From the NCBI GenBank assembly GCA_902561075.1, contig CACEOC010000002.1, positions 11,283-75,282 on the forward strand: a stretch of DNA of 64,000 nt, read 5' to 3'. The notes beneath the pieces are model-generated. The model was not told the origin of the DNA, made no database searches, and saw only the letters and a list, made by a program, of their open reading frames with translations. Positions 9,358 to 20,131 of the stretch are shown piece after piece (position 1 is the stretch's first letter; each line of letters opens with the position of its first letter). The stretch is from an uncultured Pelagibacteraceae bacterium (GTDB lineage: Bacteria; Pseudomonadota; Alphaproteobacteria; Pelagibacterales; Pelagibacteraceae). A program made the translations under genes and the position numbers.

Positions 9358-10925
9358 TGATTAAAAAAATTTTTACTTTGTTTAAAATCGCAAGAACGTT
9401 AGCTGTTTCTGATGCTCTAAAAATTATTTATAAATTTCATAAGCCTCCATTATTTATCAGAGTCTTTTTCAAAATTTTCTCAATATCTTTTGATAAAACA
9501 AACAGTGGGAATATGAATATAAGTGATGAAGAAAGATTGTGTAAATCTATTCAAAGTATGGGAACAAGTTTTATAAAATTAGGACAATTTCTCTCAACTA
9601 GGCCAGATATAATTGGTGATAAGCTTGCTTCGAATTTAGAAAAATTACAAGACCGTGTTCCTCCTTTTCCTACAGATACAGCAAAACAAATATTAAAAAG
9701 AAATCTTGGAGAGGAAAATTATAATTTAATTATAAATTTTAGTGAACCTGTTGCGGCGGCTTCGATTGCTCAAGTTCATAAAGCTCAAATCAATGACAAT
9801 GGAACTATAAAAGATGTTGCTATAAAAATATTAAGACCAAATATAAAGAAAATATTTAATGATCAAATAGAAGCTTTAATGTTATTAGCATATATTATTG
9901 AGAGTCTTAATAATAAAACAAAAAGACTTAGACTAGTAGAAGTAGTTTTTTTATTAAAACAAATTACTAATCACGAAATGGATTTAAGATTTGAAGCTGC
10001 TGCAGCAAATGAATATGCAGAGAACACAAAAAATGACGTTGGTTTTAGTGTACCAAAAATTTACTGGAATTTTACTAGTGAAGAAGTTCTTACATTAGAT
10101 TGGGTTGAAGGAATATCAATAAGAGAAAGAAATAAATTGGAAGAAAAAAATATTAACATAAAATTAATTGCTTCAGATGTTATTCAACATTTTTTAAGAC
10201 ACGCAGTAAGGGATGGTTTTTTTCATGCAGATATGCATCAAGGAAACCTTTTTATAAATGAAAATGGTCAAATAGTCCCCGTTGATTTTGGAATTATGGG
10301 CAGAGTTGACAAAATAAATAGAAGATTTTTAGCTGAAATATTATATGGATTTATTCAAAGAGACTATAAGAAAGTTGCTGAGGTTCATATTTTAGCTGGA
10401 TTAGTTCCAAAAAATACTCAAATGGAATCACTATCACAAGCATTAAGATCAATTGGCGAGCCCATATTTGGTCAAAAAGTTAAAGATATATCTGGAGGCA
10501 AACTTCTTAAACAACTTTTTGATATTACAGAAAAATTTAATATGCAAACACAACCTCAATTGCTTATGTTACAAAAAACAATGGTTGTTGTTGAAGGTGT
10601 AGCTAGGAAACTTAATCCAGATACAAATATTTGGGATACATCAAAACCAGTTCTAGAGAAATGGTTAAAAGAAACTAAAGATCCAATTAGTAATTTAACA
10701 GATAGTTTAAAAAGCACAGCGGATGCTATAAATAAACTACCTGATCTACCTGAAATGATGGAAAAAGCAAATCAGGCTCTAACATTTCTTGCAAGTGGTG
10801 GAATACCTCAATCCTCGAATTCTTATTCAGCATTCAAGGATAAGCAATTAGAGTTAAAATCGTTCAGAAACCAAACTATTATTGGCATAATTGCTCTTGT
10901 ATTTTTTAGTATCTTAGTATTTTAA
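9357..10925 (+). CDS. ubiB: Ubiquinone biosynthesis kinase-like protein
   Basis: IKLGQFLSTRPD, AASIAQVH, FFHADMHQGN, DFGIMG; start at MIKKIF overlapping ubiE stop. Confidence 0.96.
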   Translation: MIKKIFTLFKIARTLAVSDALKIIYKFHKPPLFIRVFFKIFSISFDKTNSGNMNISDEERLCKSIQSMGTSFIKLGQFLSTRPDIIGDKLASNLEKLQDRVPPFPTDTAKQILKRNLGEENYNLIINFSEPVAAASIAQVHKAQINDNGTIKDVAIKILRPNIKKIFNDQIEALMLLAYIIESLNNKTKRLRLVEVVFLLKQITNHEMDLRFEAAAANEYAENTKNDVGFSVPKIYWNFTSEEVLTLDWVEGISIRERNKLEEKNINIKLIASDVIQHFLRHAVRDGFFHADMHQGNLFINENGQIVPVDFGIMGRVDKINRRFLAEILYGFIQRDYKKVAEVHILAGLVPKNTQMESLSQALRSIGEPIFGQKVKDISGGKLLKQLFDITEKFNMQTQPQLLMLQKTMVVVEGVARKLNPDTNIWDTSKPVLEKWLKETKDPISNLTDSLKSTADAINKLPDLPEMMEKANQALTFLASGGIPQSSNSYSAFKDKQLELKSFRNQTIIGIIALVFFSILVF

Positions 10926-10933
10926 TTTACATA

Positions 10934-12133
10934 ATGAATAAATTAAATAATAAAAAAGTGCTTTTAATAATTTGTGGAGGAATCGCAGCCTATAAAAGTT
11001 TGGAGCTGATAAGAATTTTAAGAAAAAATAACAATAAGATAAAAACAGTGCTTACTAAGTCTGGAAAAGAATTTGTAACTCCTTTATCTATAACATCTTT
11101 ATCAAATGAAAAGGTATACACTGATATTTTTGATTACAAGAATGAGTCAGAAATAGATCATATATCCTTATCTAGATGGGCAGATGTTATTTTAATAGCA
11201 CCCGCCACGGCAAATACAATATCAAAGATAAGCAATGGTTTAGCAGACGATCTAGCCTCTACGTTAGTCCTTGCATCAAACAAAAAAATTTTTATAGCAC
11301 CTGCTATGAATGTAAGAATGTGGGAACATAAAACTAATAAAGAAAATATTAAAAGACTTAATGAATTTGGTTATGGATTTATAGGACCTGAAATCGGAGA
11401 TATGGCTTGTGGAGAGTATGGTGAAGGTAAAATGTCGGAACCAGAAAAGATATTTGATAGTTTAGATAAGTATTTCAAAAACATTGAGGATAACAAAAGA
11501 AAAAAAGTGTTAGTAACTGCAGGTCCTACGAGAGAAAATATAGACCCTGTAAGATTTATTTCAAACTATTCTAGTGGTAAGCAAGGATACGAGATTGCTA
11601 GAGCTTTCTCAGAAAATGGTTTTGAAACGACACTAATTACTGGACCCACAAATTTAAAAATACCTGAGAACGTTAGATGTATAAAAGTGATCTCAGGAGA
11701 TCAAATGCTAAATGAAACCATAAAAAATCTACCAGTAGATATAGCTGTTTTCACTGCGGCTGTTTCGGATTTTAAAATAAAAAGTTATAGTGACAATAAA
11801 ATTAAAAAAACTGAAAATTTAGAATTATCTTTAGAAAAAAATATAGATATTCTTAGTTATATATCTAAACATAATTCATTACGTCCTAAAATTGTGATTG
11901 GTTTTTCAGCAGAAACAAATGACTTAGAAATTAATTCTTTGAAAAAACTAAATTCAAAAAATTGTGACTGGATAATAGCAAACGATGTAAGTAAAAAAGA
12001 TATTGGTTTCAATGCTGATGACAATGAAGTATCCATATTTTACAAAAACAAATCTAGTGAAAAAATCTCAAAAATGAATAAATCATTAATTGCAAATGAA
12101 CTTGTTAAAAGAGTCTCACAAGAATTTAATTAG
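10934..12133 (+). CDS. coaBC: Phosphopantothenoylcysteine decarboxylase/ligase
   Basis: GGIAAYK, APATAN, APAMNVRMW, TAGPTRENIDPVRFISNYSSGKQG. Confidence 0.97.
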   Translation: MNKLNNKKVLLIICGGIAAYKSLELIRILRKNNNKIKTVLTKSGKEFVTPLSITSLSNEKVYTDIFDYKNESEIDHISLSRWADVILIAPATANTISKISNGLADDLASTLVLASNKKIFIAPAMNVRMWEHKTNKENIKRLNEFGYGFIGPEIGDMACGEYGEGKMSEPEKIFDSLDKYFKNIEDNKRKKVLVTAGPTRENIDPVRFISNYSSGKQGYEIARAFSENGFETTLITGPTNLKIPENVRCIKVISGDQMLNETIKNLPVDIAVFTAAVSDFKIKSYSDNKIKKTENLELSLEKNIDILSYISKHNSLRPKIVIGFSAETNDLEINSLKKLNSKNCDWIIANDVSKKDIGFNADDNEVSIFYKNKSSEKISKMNKSLIANELVKRVSQEFN

Positions 12134-12136
12134 ATA

Positions 12137-12574
12137 ATGGTAAGAGTACAAATCAGTAAACTTGATCCTAATGTAGAAATACCTACTTATGAAACTGAAG
12201 GCTCATCTGGAGTTGATTTAATGGCCTTTATAAATAAACCAATAAAATTAGGACCAGGTACCTCTTGTTTAGTCCCAACAGGTTTATCAATAGCAATTCC
12301 AAAAGATTGCGAGGTCCAAATCCGACCTAGATCTGGTTTAGCTGCTAAATCAAATATAACAGTTTTAAATACGCCTGGCACAATAGATAGTGACTACAGA
12401 GGAGAGTTAAAAATTATACTTTTTAACCATAGTAAAAAGGAATTTATCATAAATAATAAAGACAGAATTGCACAAATGGTTATTTTACCAATTTTAAAGT
12501 TTGATTTCGAGGAAACTGATAAATTACAGGATACAATTAGAGGTTCTGGTGGATTTGGTTCTACTGGAAAATGA
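12137..12574 (+). CDS. dut: dUTP diphosphatase
   Basis: RPRSGLA, GTIDSDYRGE, RGSGGFGSTG. Confidence 0.98.
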   Translation: MVRVQISKLDPNVEIPTYETEGSSGVDLMAFINKPIKLGPGTSCLVPTGLSIAIPKDCEVQIRPRSGLAAKSNITVLNTPGTIDSDYRGELKIILFNHSKKEFIINNKDRIAQMVILPILKFDFEETDKLQDTIRGSGGFGSTGK

Positions 12575-13320
12575 AAAAAGAACTTTTAGAAAGATATTCT
12601 AGACAAATAATTATTAAAGATATTGGTGCTTTAGGTCAAAAAAAAATTTCGTCTTCAAAAATTTTAATAATTGGAGCAGGAGGACTTGGATGTCCTGTCG
12701 CAGATTTATTAAGTAGGGCAGGTGTTGGTGAAATTGGTATTGTAGATAATGATAAAGTAACTCTATCAAACTTACACAGGCAAACGATATATAATTATAA
12801 AGATATAAATAAATATAAAGTTAATGTTTTAAAAGATAAAATAAAAAAAATAAATTCAAATGTTAAAATTAAAGTTTTTAAAGTTAGAATCACAGAGAAT
12901 AATGCAAACAATATTATAAAAAAATATGATTTCATAATTGATGGATCTGACAATTTTAAAACAAAATTTGTAGTAAATAAAATTTGTTTAAAATTAAAAA
13001 AGAAACTGATTGTTGGTGCTATTAGCAAATTCCAAGGCCATATTTTTACCTTCAATTTTAAAAACAGTAGAGCCCCATGCTTACAATGTTTCTATCAATC
13101 AATTCCCTCGGATGAGATATTAAATTGTGAAGCCGATGGAGTAATAGGTCCGATTGCGACGTTAATTGGGTCTATTAAATCAAGTGAAATTTTGAAAATG
13201 ATTCTTCAAATTGGAAAAAATGTTTTTGGGAAAATTTTTATATTTGATCTGTTAACATTGGAGTCAAGATCAATTAAGTTTGACAAAAAAAAGAATTGTG
13301 TATGCAAAAAATATTTTTAA
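12571..13320 (+). CDS. MoeB/ThiF family adenylyltransferase
   Basis: RYSRQ, GAGGLG, SNLHRQ, DGSDNF, PCLQC and C-terminal CVC. Confidence 0.9.
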   Translation: MKKELLERYSRQIIIKDIGALGQKKISSSKILIIGAGGLGCPVADLLSRAGVGEIGIVDNDKVTLSNLHRQTIYNYKDINKYKVNVLKDKIKKINSNVKIKVFKVRITENNANNIIKKYDFIIDGSDNFKTKFVVNKICLKLKKKLIVGAISKFQGHIFTFNFKNSRAPCLQCFYQSIPSDEILNCEADGVIGPIATLIGSIKSSEILKMILQIGKNVFGKIFIFDLLTLESRSIKFDKKKNCVCKKYF

Positions 13321-13751
13321 TTATACTTCTTCTAATATGTTATTACTCCCAATCCTATTCTAAAGAAATATATTATTTAATGCTCAAAAATAATACTGTT
13401 AATGTGAGGTATGGTCCAAGTTTTGAATATCCTGTAAAATATATTTACAAACAAAAATTTCTTCCTTTGCAAGTAATTGATAAGAAAGAAAACTTCAGAA
13501 AAGTAATTGACCATATGAAAAATAGTGGATGGATACATATATCCCAGTTAAAAAAATCGGAGTCTGTAGTAATAATAGAGGAGCAATTATTGTTCAGTAA
13601 AGCATCAAAATTTTCAAAACCAATAGCAAAATTAGGAAAAGGCAGACTTCTAGTTATAAAAAAATGTAAAAAAAATTGGTGCAAAGCAAACACTGAGAAT
13701 TATTGGGGCTGGATAGAAGTAAATAATGTTTGGGGAAGAAATGTTAATTAA
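13302..13751 (+). CDS. Exported bacterial SH3-domain protein
   Basis: Signal peptide; VNVRYGPS...GWIH and second repeat WCK...GWI. Confidence 0.8.
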   Translation: MQKIFLIILLLICYYSQSYSKEIYYLMLKNNTVNVRYGPSFEYPVKYIYKQKFLPLQVIDKKENFRKVIDHMKNSGWIHISQLKKSESVVIIEEQLLFSKASKFSKPIAKLGKGRLLVIKKCKKNWCKANTENYWGWIEVNNVWGRNVN

Positions 13752-13996
13752 TTTTTTTTAATTACCTTGCTAGCCCAAAATTTATCTAACAAGAAATACC
13801 ATATAGAATTTGCTAAAGGCTCAACAATTGCGTCGGTTAGAGCAATCATAAAAGATACATCTGCAATTAACATTAAACATATAATTGCAATTGCAAAATG
13901 ACCTATTGTATAAATAAGAGTTCTTAATAAAGAACCTCTGTTATTTTTGAATATGCTCTTACTAGTTTGTACAATACCTTGTGTAAGTTCTACCAT
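13748..13996 (-). CDS. Small membrane protein, DUF2061-like
   Basis: SLLRTLIYTIGH...IVEPLANSIWYFLLDKFW, two hydrophobic segments; 4 nt after katG. Confidence 0.7.
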   Translation of the reverse strand: MVELTQGIVQTSKSIFKNNRGSLLRTLIYTIGHFAIAIICLMLIADVSFMIALTDAIVEPLANSIWYFLLDKFWASKVIKKN

Positions 13997-14000
13997 TTAA

Positions 14001-16214
14001 CTAATTTATTTTTTTATCAAATCTATCAAGATTCATTACTTTTGACCACACTTTAGCAAAATCATTTACAAATTTTTTATTAGAATCCTCAGATGCATAA
14101 ACTTCGGCTATTGCTCTTAATTGGGAATTTGAACCAAATATTAAGTCTACTCTTGATCCTTCCCATACAACTTTTTTTGATTTTCTATTTCTTCCCTCAA
14201 AATACTGCTCATCTTCACCTTTTTCATTCCAGGTAATATTCATATCCAAAAGGTTTTTAAAATAGTCATTTGTCAAAGTTCCTACTTTCTTTGTAAAAAC
14301 ACCGTAATTAGAGCCGTCAAAGTTTGTTCCTAAAACTCTCATTCCACCAAATAAGACAGTCATTTCTGGACTAGTTAATTGCATCAACTGAGCTTTATCT
14401 ATCATCATTTCCTCGGATGATGTGTTAGATACACTTTTTTGATAATTCACAAAAGCATCTGCAACTGGTTCTAATAAATTAAACGAGAAAACATCTGTTT
14501 GTTCTTGTAAAGCATCACCTCTTCCTTGTGTAAAAGGAATTTTAATTTTGTGCCCGGACTTTTTTGCAGCTTTTTCAATTGCAACATTTCCAGCTAAAAC
14601 AATAAGATCAGCAATTGATACGTTTTTATTTTTTTTATCAAAGTTTTTCTTAATTTTTTCTAATACTTTAATTACTTTATCGACTTTTGAAATCTTGTTA
14701 ATGTGCCAGTCCTTTTGTGGCTGTAGTCTAATTCTTGCGCCGTTAGCGCCACCACGTTTATCAGATCCTCTAAAAGTTGAGGCTGAGGCCCATGCCGTCG
14801 AAACTAATTGTGAAATGGATAATCCTGATTTTAAAATTTTATTTTCAAGATTGCCTATATCTCTTTTATTTAATTTGTATTTTTGCTTTGGAATTGGGTC
14901 CTGCCAAATCAGATCTTCTTTTGGTACCTCTGGTCCTAAATAACAAACTTTTGGGCCCATATCTCTATGCGTTAATTTAAACCATGCTCTAGCAAACGCA
15001 TCATGGAATTCTTTTGGATTTTTGTGAAAATGTCTTGTTATAGGACCGTAACTTGGATCAACTTTTAATGAAATATCTGTAGTTTGCATCATTGGAGGAT
15101 GCATTTTGTTTTTGTCATGTGCATCTGGAACCATTTTAATTTTTTGTCCATTTTTCTTTGGTGTCCATTGATGTGCTCCTGCAGGACTTTTTGTCAACTC
15201 CCACTCATGATCATACAAACAATCTAAATAACCCATATCCCATTTTATTGGATTTTGTGTCCAAGCACCTTCGATCCCACTGCTGATTGTGTCAACTCCT
15301 TTACCGCTTTTGAAATTACTATTCCAACCTGTTGATTGTTCATGAATTTTTGATCCTTCAGGCTCAGGTCCTTTATGTGACTCTGGCGCAGCACCATGAG
15401 ATTTACCGAATGTGTGCCCACCTGCAACCAGTGCAGCTGTTTCATAATCGTTCATAGCCATCCTACCAAAAGTTTCTCTTATGTCATGAGCTGCTAACAA
15501 TGGATCTGGATTAGCGTCAGGTCCTTGCGGATTAACATAAATTAATCCCATGTGAGATGCACCTAAGGGCTGTTCCAAATCTCTCTTACCGCTATATCTG
15601 TTTACACCTAACCATTCTTTTTCTGATCCCCAATAAATATCATCTTCAGGCTCCCATATGTCCTCTCGTCCTGCACCAAAACCAAAAGTTTTAAAACCCA
15701 TTGAGTCCAGAGCAACATTTCCAACAAGTATAAACAAATCAGCCCAAGAAATTTTGTTCCCGTATTTTTTTTTAATAGGCCATAATAATAATCTAGCTTT
15801 ATCTAAATTAACATTATCTGGCCAGCTATTTAATGGTGCAAATCTTTGATTGCCAGTTCCAGCTCCTCCTCTTCCGTCAGCAGTTCTATAAGTACCTGCG
15901 GCGTGCCATGCCAATCTAATAAACAATGGTCCGTAATGACCATAATCTGCAGGCCACCAATCTTGAGAATCTGTCATTAATTTTTGTAAATCTTTTTTAA
16001 GTTTTTTATAATCCAGTTTTTTGAATTCTTTTGCATAACTAAATTTTTCATCCATCGGATTTACTAAATTTGAATGCTGACTTAATATTTTAAGATTAAG
16101 GTTGTTTGGCCACCAATCTCTATTCGATGTTCCTTTTCCAGTTGAATGTTTTGCTGGGGTGCCAACGCCCGTAAAAGGGCACTTTGATTTTTCTTTATAG
16201 ATTTCATTACTCAT
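14001..16214 (-). CDS. katG: Catalase-peroxidase
   Basis: [12 protein letters not shown] distal triad, [20 protein letters not shown] proximal His, duplicated C-terminal domain. Confidence 0.99.
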   Translation of the reverse strand: MSNEIYKEKSKCPFTGVGTPAKHSTGKGTSNRDWWPNNLNLKILSQHSNLVNPMDEKFSYAKEFKKLDYKKLKKDLQKLMTDSQDWWPADYGHYGPLFIRLAWHAAGTYRTADGRGGAGTGNQRFAPLNSWPDNVNLDKARLLLWPIKKKYGNKISWADLFILVGNVALDSMGFKTFGFGAGREDIWEPEDDIYWGSEKEWLGVNRYSGKRDLEQPLGASHMGLIYVNPQGPDANPDPLLAAHDIRETFGRMAMNDYETAALVAGGHTFGKSHGAAPESHKGPEPEGSKIHEQSTGWNSNFKSGKGVDTISSGIEGAWTQNPIKWDMGYLDCLYDHEWELTKSPAGAHQWTPKKNGQKIKMVPDAHDKNKMHPPMMQTTDISLKVDPSYGPITRHFHKNPKEFHDAFARAWFKLTHRDMGPKVCYLGPEVPKEDLIWQDPIPKQKYKLNKRDIGNLENKILKSGLSISQLVSTAWASASTFRGSDKRGGANGARIRLQPQKDWHINKISKVDKVIKVLEKIKKNFDKKNKNVSIADLIVLAGNVAIEKAAKKSGHKIKIPFTQGRGDALQEQTDVFSFNLLEPVADAFVNYQKSVSNTSSEEMMIDKAQLMQLTSPEMTVLFGGMRVLGTNFDGSNYGVFTKKVGTLTNDYFKNLLDMNITWNEKGEDEQYFEGRNRKSKKVVWEGSRVDLIFGSNSQLRAIAEVYASEDSNKKFVNDFAKVWSKVMNLDRFDKKIN

Positions 16215-16220
16215 GTGTAG

Positions 16221-16248
16221 ATTATAACTATTCTAAAGTATTAATCAA
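16221..16248 (-). promoter_or_regulatory. katG promoter with overlapping Irr box (ICE)
   Basis: Minus strand TTGATT-16 nt-TATAAT-6 nt-ATG; TTTAGAA-TAG-TTATAAT (16237-16221) versus ICE consensus TTTAGAA-N3-TTCTAAA, 12/14. Confidence 0.7.
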
Positions 16249-16281
16249 GGTACTTGCGTCAAAATAATATTAACAACTATA

Positions 16282-16695
16282 CTAGTTGTTTTGAACTTTT
16301 ACTAAAACTTCTATTGATTTTATTTTTTTACCAGGGATTTTTCTATTTATTTTTACGGGCTCTACTTCATTATCGTGGATATCTATAAGCTGATTTTTAT
16401 CTTCGTCATAAAAATGATGATGATCAGTTGTATTTGTGTCATAATAATTTTGCTCAGAATTTACTGCTATTTGCTTTATGTAGCCCTTTGCTAAAAAAGC
16501 ATGGACTGTATTATATATGGTTGCTAGAGAAATTTTTTCATTTGTTTTTTGTGATATAATTTTTGAAAGATCATTTATTGAAAAATGAAAAGTCTCTTTA
16601 CCACAAAATAATATTTCACAGATTTTTATTCTTTGCTTTGTTGGTCTAAGTCCTGAAATCCTTAATTTTTGAACGAAATTTAAATTATTATTCAT
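16282..16695 (-). CDS. irr: Iron response regulator, Fur family
   Basis: GLRPTKQR, ISLATIYNT, YYDTNTTDHHHFYD (HHH heme motif); divergent from fabA as in other alphaproteobacteria. Confidence 0.9.
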   Translation of the reverse strand: MNNNLNFVQKLRISGLRPTKQRIKICEILFCGKETFHFSINDLSKIISQKTNEKISLATIYNTVHAFLAKGYIKQIAVNSEQNYYDTNTTDHHHFYDEDKNQLIDIHDNEVEPVKINRKIPGKKIKSIEVLVKVQNN

Positions 16696-16765
16696 TATTC
16701 ATTTACTTATCATTCAAAAATCTATATCAAATTGTACCATAATCAAGTACTAACATATTAAGTTA

Positions 16766-17266
16766 ATGAAAAAAAATTCCTTTAATTATGAAGAGTTAAT
16801 TAACTGCGCAAATGGCGATCTTTTTGGACCTGGAAATGCTAGGCTACCATCTCCTCCAATGCTCATGTTTGACAGAATAACAGAAATTAGCGAAAATAAG
16901 GGTGAATTTAAAAAAGGAATTATTAAAGCTGAATTAGATATAAAAAATGATCTATGGTTCTTTGGTTGTCACTTTAAAGAGGATCCAGTAATGCCTGGAT
17001 GTTTGGGGTTAGATGCAATGTGGCAACTAGTTGGATTTTATTTAGGATGGTTGGGAAATCCAGGACGAGGTAGAGCTTTAGGTGTTAATAGTGTGAAATT
17101 TACAGGAGAAGTTCTAAAAAATTGCCAAAAAGCATTTTATCAGATTGATATGAAGAGAATTCTAATAAAAGAAGGAACAACCGTAGGTCTTGCAAATGGT
17201 ATTCTATTAGCTGATGGAAAAAAAATTTACAGTGCTGAGAATTTAAAAGTGGGGTTATTCAAATAA
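16766..17266 (+). CDS. fabA: 3-hydroxyacyl-ACP dehydratase/isomerase
   Basis: [32 protein letters not shown]. Confidence 0.97.
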   Translation: MKKNSFNYEELINCANGDLFGPGNARLPSPPMLMFDRITEISENKGEFKKGIIKAELDIKNDLWFFGCHFKEDPVMPGCLGLDAMWQLVGFYLGWLGNPGRGRALGVNSVKFTGEVLKNCQKAFYQIDMKRILIKEGTTVGLANGILLADGKKIYSAENLKVGLFK

Positions 17267-18477
17267 TGAAACGAGTGGTAGTTACAGGTATCGGCATTGT
17301 TTCTTGTTTAGGTAATAATCAGGATGAAGTATATAAATCATTACTCAACTCAAAATCTGGAATAACTTTTTCAGAAGAATATAAAGAATATAATTTAAAA
17401 AGTAATGTTCACGGTAAACCTAATATTAAACTTGAGGATCATGTTGATAGAAAATTCATAAGGTTTATGGGACCTGGTTCAGCTTACAATTATATTTCTA
17501 TGACAGAAGCAGTGAAAGATTCTGGTTTAGAGGAGAATGAGGTAAGCAATATATCTACTGGAATGATTATGGGGTCAGGCGGTCCATCAATTGAAAATGT
17601 TATACTTGCAGCAGACAAAACTAGAGAAAAAAGCCCAAAAAGAATGGGTCCTTTTGTTGTTCCAAGAACTATGTCAAGTACAGCATCAGCAACATTAGCT
17701 GTACCTTTTAAAATAAAGGGAGTTAATTACACAATTAGTTCAGCCTGCGCAACAAGTGGACATTGTATTGGAAATGCAATGGAATTAATCCAACTTGGAA
17801 AACAAAATATAATTTTCGCTGGAGGAAGTGATGAGGTTCATTTTGCAATGACTGCTATGTTCGATGCTATGACAGCTCTCTCATCTAAATATAATGATAC
17901 ACCTGAAAAAGCTTCTAGACCATACGATAAAACAAGAGATGGTTTTGTAATATCTGGTGGTGGTGGAGTTTTAGTTCTAGAGGAATATGAACATGCGAAA
18001 GCAAGAGGCGCCAAAATCTACGCAGAAATAACTGGGTATGGAGCTACATCAGATGGGTATGATATGGTTGCACCTTCAGGAGAAGGAGCTGTGAGATGTA
18101 TGCAAATGGCTTTGAATACTTCTAAAAATAAAATTGATTATATAAACACTCATGGAACATCGACTCCTGTTGGAGATATTACAGAATTAAAAGCTGTTGG
18201 GGAAGTTTTTAATGAGTATAAACCAAAAATAAGCTCTACTAAATCTCTCGCAGGTCACTCTCTTGGGGCAACTTCAGTACATGAGGCAGTTTATAGTTTA
18301 ATTATGATGAAAAATAATTTTATTGCTGCTTCAGCAAATATTACTGATATGGATGAAGAGGCAAAAAATTATCCAATTGTAACAAAAGTAGAAAAAGATA
18401 CTAACTTAAATTCCGTTATGTCAAATAGTTTCGGTTTTGGTGGAACAAATGCAACTTTAGTATTCGAGAAAGTTTAA
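17266..18477 (+). CDS. fabB: Beta-ketoacyl-ACP synthase I
   Basis: [31 protein letters not shown]. Confidence 0.96.
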   Translation: MKRVVVTGIGIVSCLGNNQDEVYKSLLNSKSGITFSEEYKEYNLKSNVHGKPNIKLEDHVDRKFIRFMGPGSAYNYISMTEAVKDSGLEENEVSNISTGMIMGSGGPSIENVILAADKTREKSPKRMGPFVVPRTMSSTASATLAVPFKIKGVNYTISSACATSGHCIGNAMELIQLGKQNIIFAGGSDEVHFAMTAMFDAMTALSSKYNDTPEKASRPYDKTRDGFVISGGGGVLVLEEYEHAKARGAKIYAEITGYGATSDGYDMVAPSGEGAVRCMQMALNTSKNKIDYINTHGTSTPVGDITELKAVGEVFNEYKPKISSTKSLAGHSLGATSVHEAVYSLIMMKNNFIAASANITDMDEEAKNYPIVTKVEKDTNLNSVMSNSFGFGGTNATLVFEKV

Positions 18478-18480
18478 TTT

Positions 18481-19266
18481 ATGAATTTAATGAAAGGTAA
18501 AAAAGGTCTTATAATGGGAGTCGCAAATGAAAGATCGATAGCATGGGGTATTGCTCAAAAACTTTCAGAAGCTGGAGCTGAACTTGCTTTCACTTACCTT
18601 GGAGATGCATTAAAAAAAAGGGTTATTCCATTAGCAGAAAAATTAAATTCTAATTTAACATTTAGTTGTGACGTTGAGAAAAAAGAGGAAGTTTCAAAAT
18701 TATTTAAAGACATAAAATCACACTGGGGAGAAATTGATTTTGTTGTACATGCTATCGCATTTTCAGATAAATCAGAATTATCAGGAGAGTATCTTAATAC
18801 AACACGTGAAAACTTTTTAAGAAGTATGTTGATATCTTGTTTTTCTTTCACTGAAATTGCAAAAGAAGCTTCTAAAATAATGAAGACGGGTGGTAGCATG
18901 GTAACCTTGAGTTATGAGGCTAATAAAGCAATACCAAATTATAATGTAATGGGCGTTTGTAAAGCCGCACTAGAATCTAGTGTAAAATATCTCGCAAGGG
19001 ATTTAGGATCTAAAGGAATAAGAGTGAACGCTATAAGTGCTGGACCAATAAAAACTTTAGCTGCTTCAGCAATCGGAGATGCTAAGTTTTTGTACAAATG
19101 GAATGCTGATCACTCATTTTTAAAAAGAAACGTTGATAATTTAGATGTAGGTAATTCTGCATTATACTTATTAAGTGATATGGCTGGCGGTGTTACTGGT
19201 GAAATTCATTATGTAGATGCTGGATACAATAAAATGGGTATGCCAGATCCAAAAAATATTTCTTAA
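18481..19266 (+). CDS. fabI: Enoyl-ACP reductase
   Basis: GVANERSIAWGIA, YNVMGVCKAALE, NAISAGPIKTLA. Confidence 0.97.
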   Translation: MNLMKGKKGLIMGVANERSIAWGIAQKLSEAGAELAFTYLGDALKKRVIPLAEKLNSNLTFSCDVEKKEEVSKLFKDIKSHWGEIDFVVHAIAFSDKSELSGEYLNTTRENFLRSMLISCFSFTEIAKEASKIMKTGGSMVTLSYEANKAIPNYNVMGVCKAALESSVKYLARDLGSKGIRVNAISAGPIKTLAASAIGDAKFLYKWNADHSFLKRNVDNLDVGNSALYLLSDMAGGVTGEIHYVDAGYNKMGMPDPKNIS

Positions 19267-19395
19267 ATGTCAAAAAGATACAGTGGGAAATCATTTAAAG
19301 ACTCAAGTTTAATGAAGAAACCAAAATTAAATCTTAAAGAGAAAAGAAAGCTAAAAAAAGAAAAGAAAAAAAATTTAAATAAATTATCTAAATAA
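19267..19395 (+). CDS. Putative small very basic protein, 42 aa
   Basis: Not in ORF track; MSKRYSGKSFKDSSLMKKPKLNLKEKRKLKKEKKKNLNKLSK; ATG directly after fabI TAA, fills the gap. Confidence 0.55.
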   Translation: MSKRYSGKSFKDSSLMKKPKLNLKEKRKLKKEKKKNLNKLSK

Positions 19396-20110
19396 TTTTC
19401 AGAGCCTCTTCAGAACTTATAATTGGTAAATTTTTCCTAAATTCCAGAAAATCATTAAAATCTTTATTTTTTATTCCGTCAATATTTTTATATTCAAAAT
19501 CTTTTTTTAATTTTAAAATACCGATACCCATGTCTATGTTAATTATTTTAAAATCAACATTTTTTGATTTTGAAAGCTCTATGGCTACTTTCCATATATC
19601 GCCGCTCCATGATTTTTGTTTTCTTGGCACTTTTTCCTCAAAAAAGGATCTTGGTAAAAAGTCATGAAAAAAAATTATACCCTCATTATTTAACTGTTTC
19701 ATTGAATTTATACAATCTTTCTTACACTGATCATATTCGTGTAAACCGTCGATAAAAATTACGTCAAATTTTAAATCACTATATTTCTTAAAAAATTCGT
19801 CAGATGTCATTCTATAATTTCCACCAGAAACAGGATCAACGCCAAATTTATTATCTATGCTTAAAGGTATAGAATTAAACACATCATTGTTAGAGACACC
19901 AATTTCTAAATATTTGCAATTTTCAAATTTTGAAATTGCTTTGTTAATAAATGCGTGTCTCTTATAAAAATTTCTTTCATGCTCAAACTTATGGATAATT
20001 TGTTTTCTATTAAATAATGAGTTAAATAATTCTCTAAAATTTCCAGAGAAAAATACATATGGAACGAGGTATTTGACTAATGACTTAAATTTTTTTGGAA
20101 TTTTAATCAT
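19388..20110 (-). CDS. Class I SAM-dependent methyltransferase (Methyltransf_24-like)
   Basis: YLEIGV, GVDP, FDVIFIDGLHEY, IFFHD. Confidence 0.8.
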   Translation of the reverse strand: MIKIPKKFKSLVKYLVPYVFFSGNFRELFNSLFNRKQIIHKFEHERNFYKRHAFINKAISKFENCKYLEIGVSNNDVFNSIPLSIDNKFGVDPVSGGNYRMTSDEFFKKYSDLKFDVIFIDGLHEYDQCKKDCINSMKQLNNEGIIFFHDFLPRSFFEEKVPRKQKSWSGDIWKVAIELSKSKNVDFKIINIDMGIGILKLKKDFEYKNIDGIKNKDFNDFLEFRKNLPIISSEEALKII

Positions 20111-20131
20111 TTCAATTGATATTATTTATTA

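Noticed and set aside
18799-18814. parS-like CACGTGAAA in fabI
   Set aside because: Left arm does not match and the site is far from parAB
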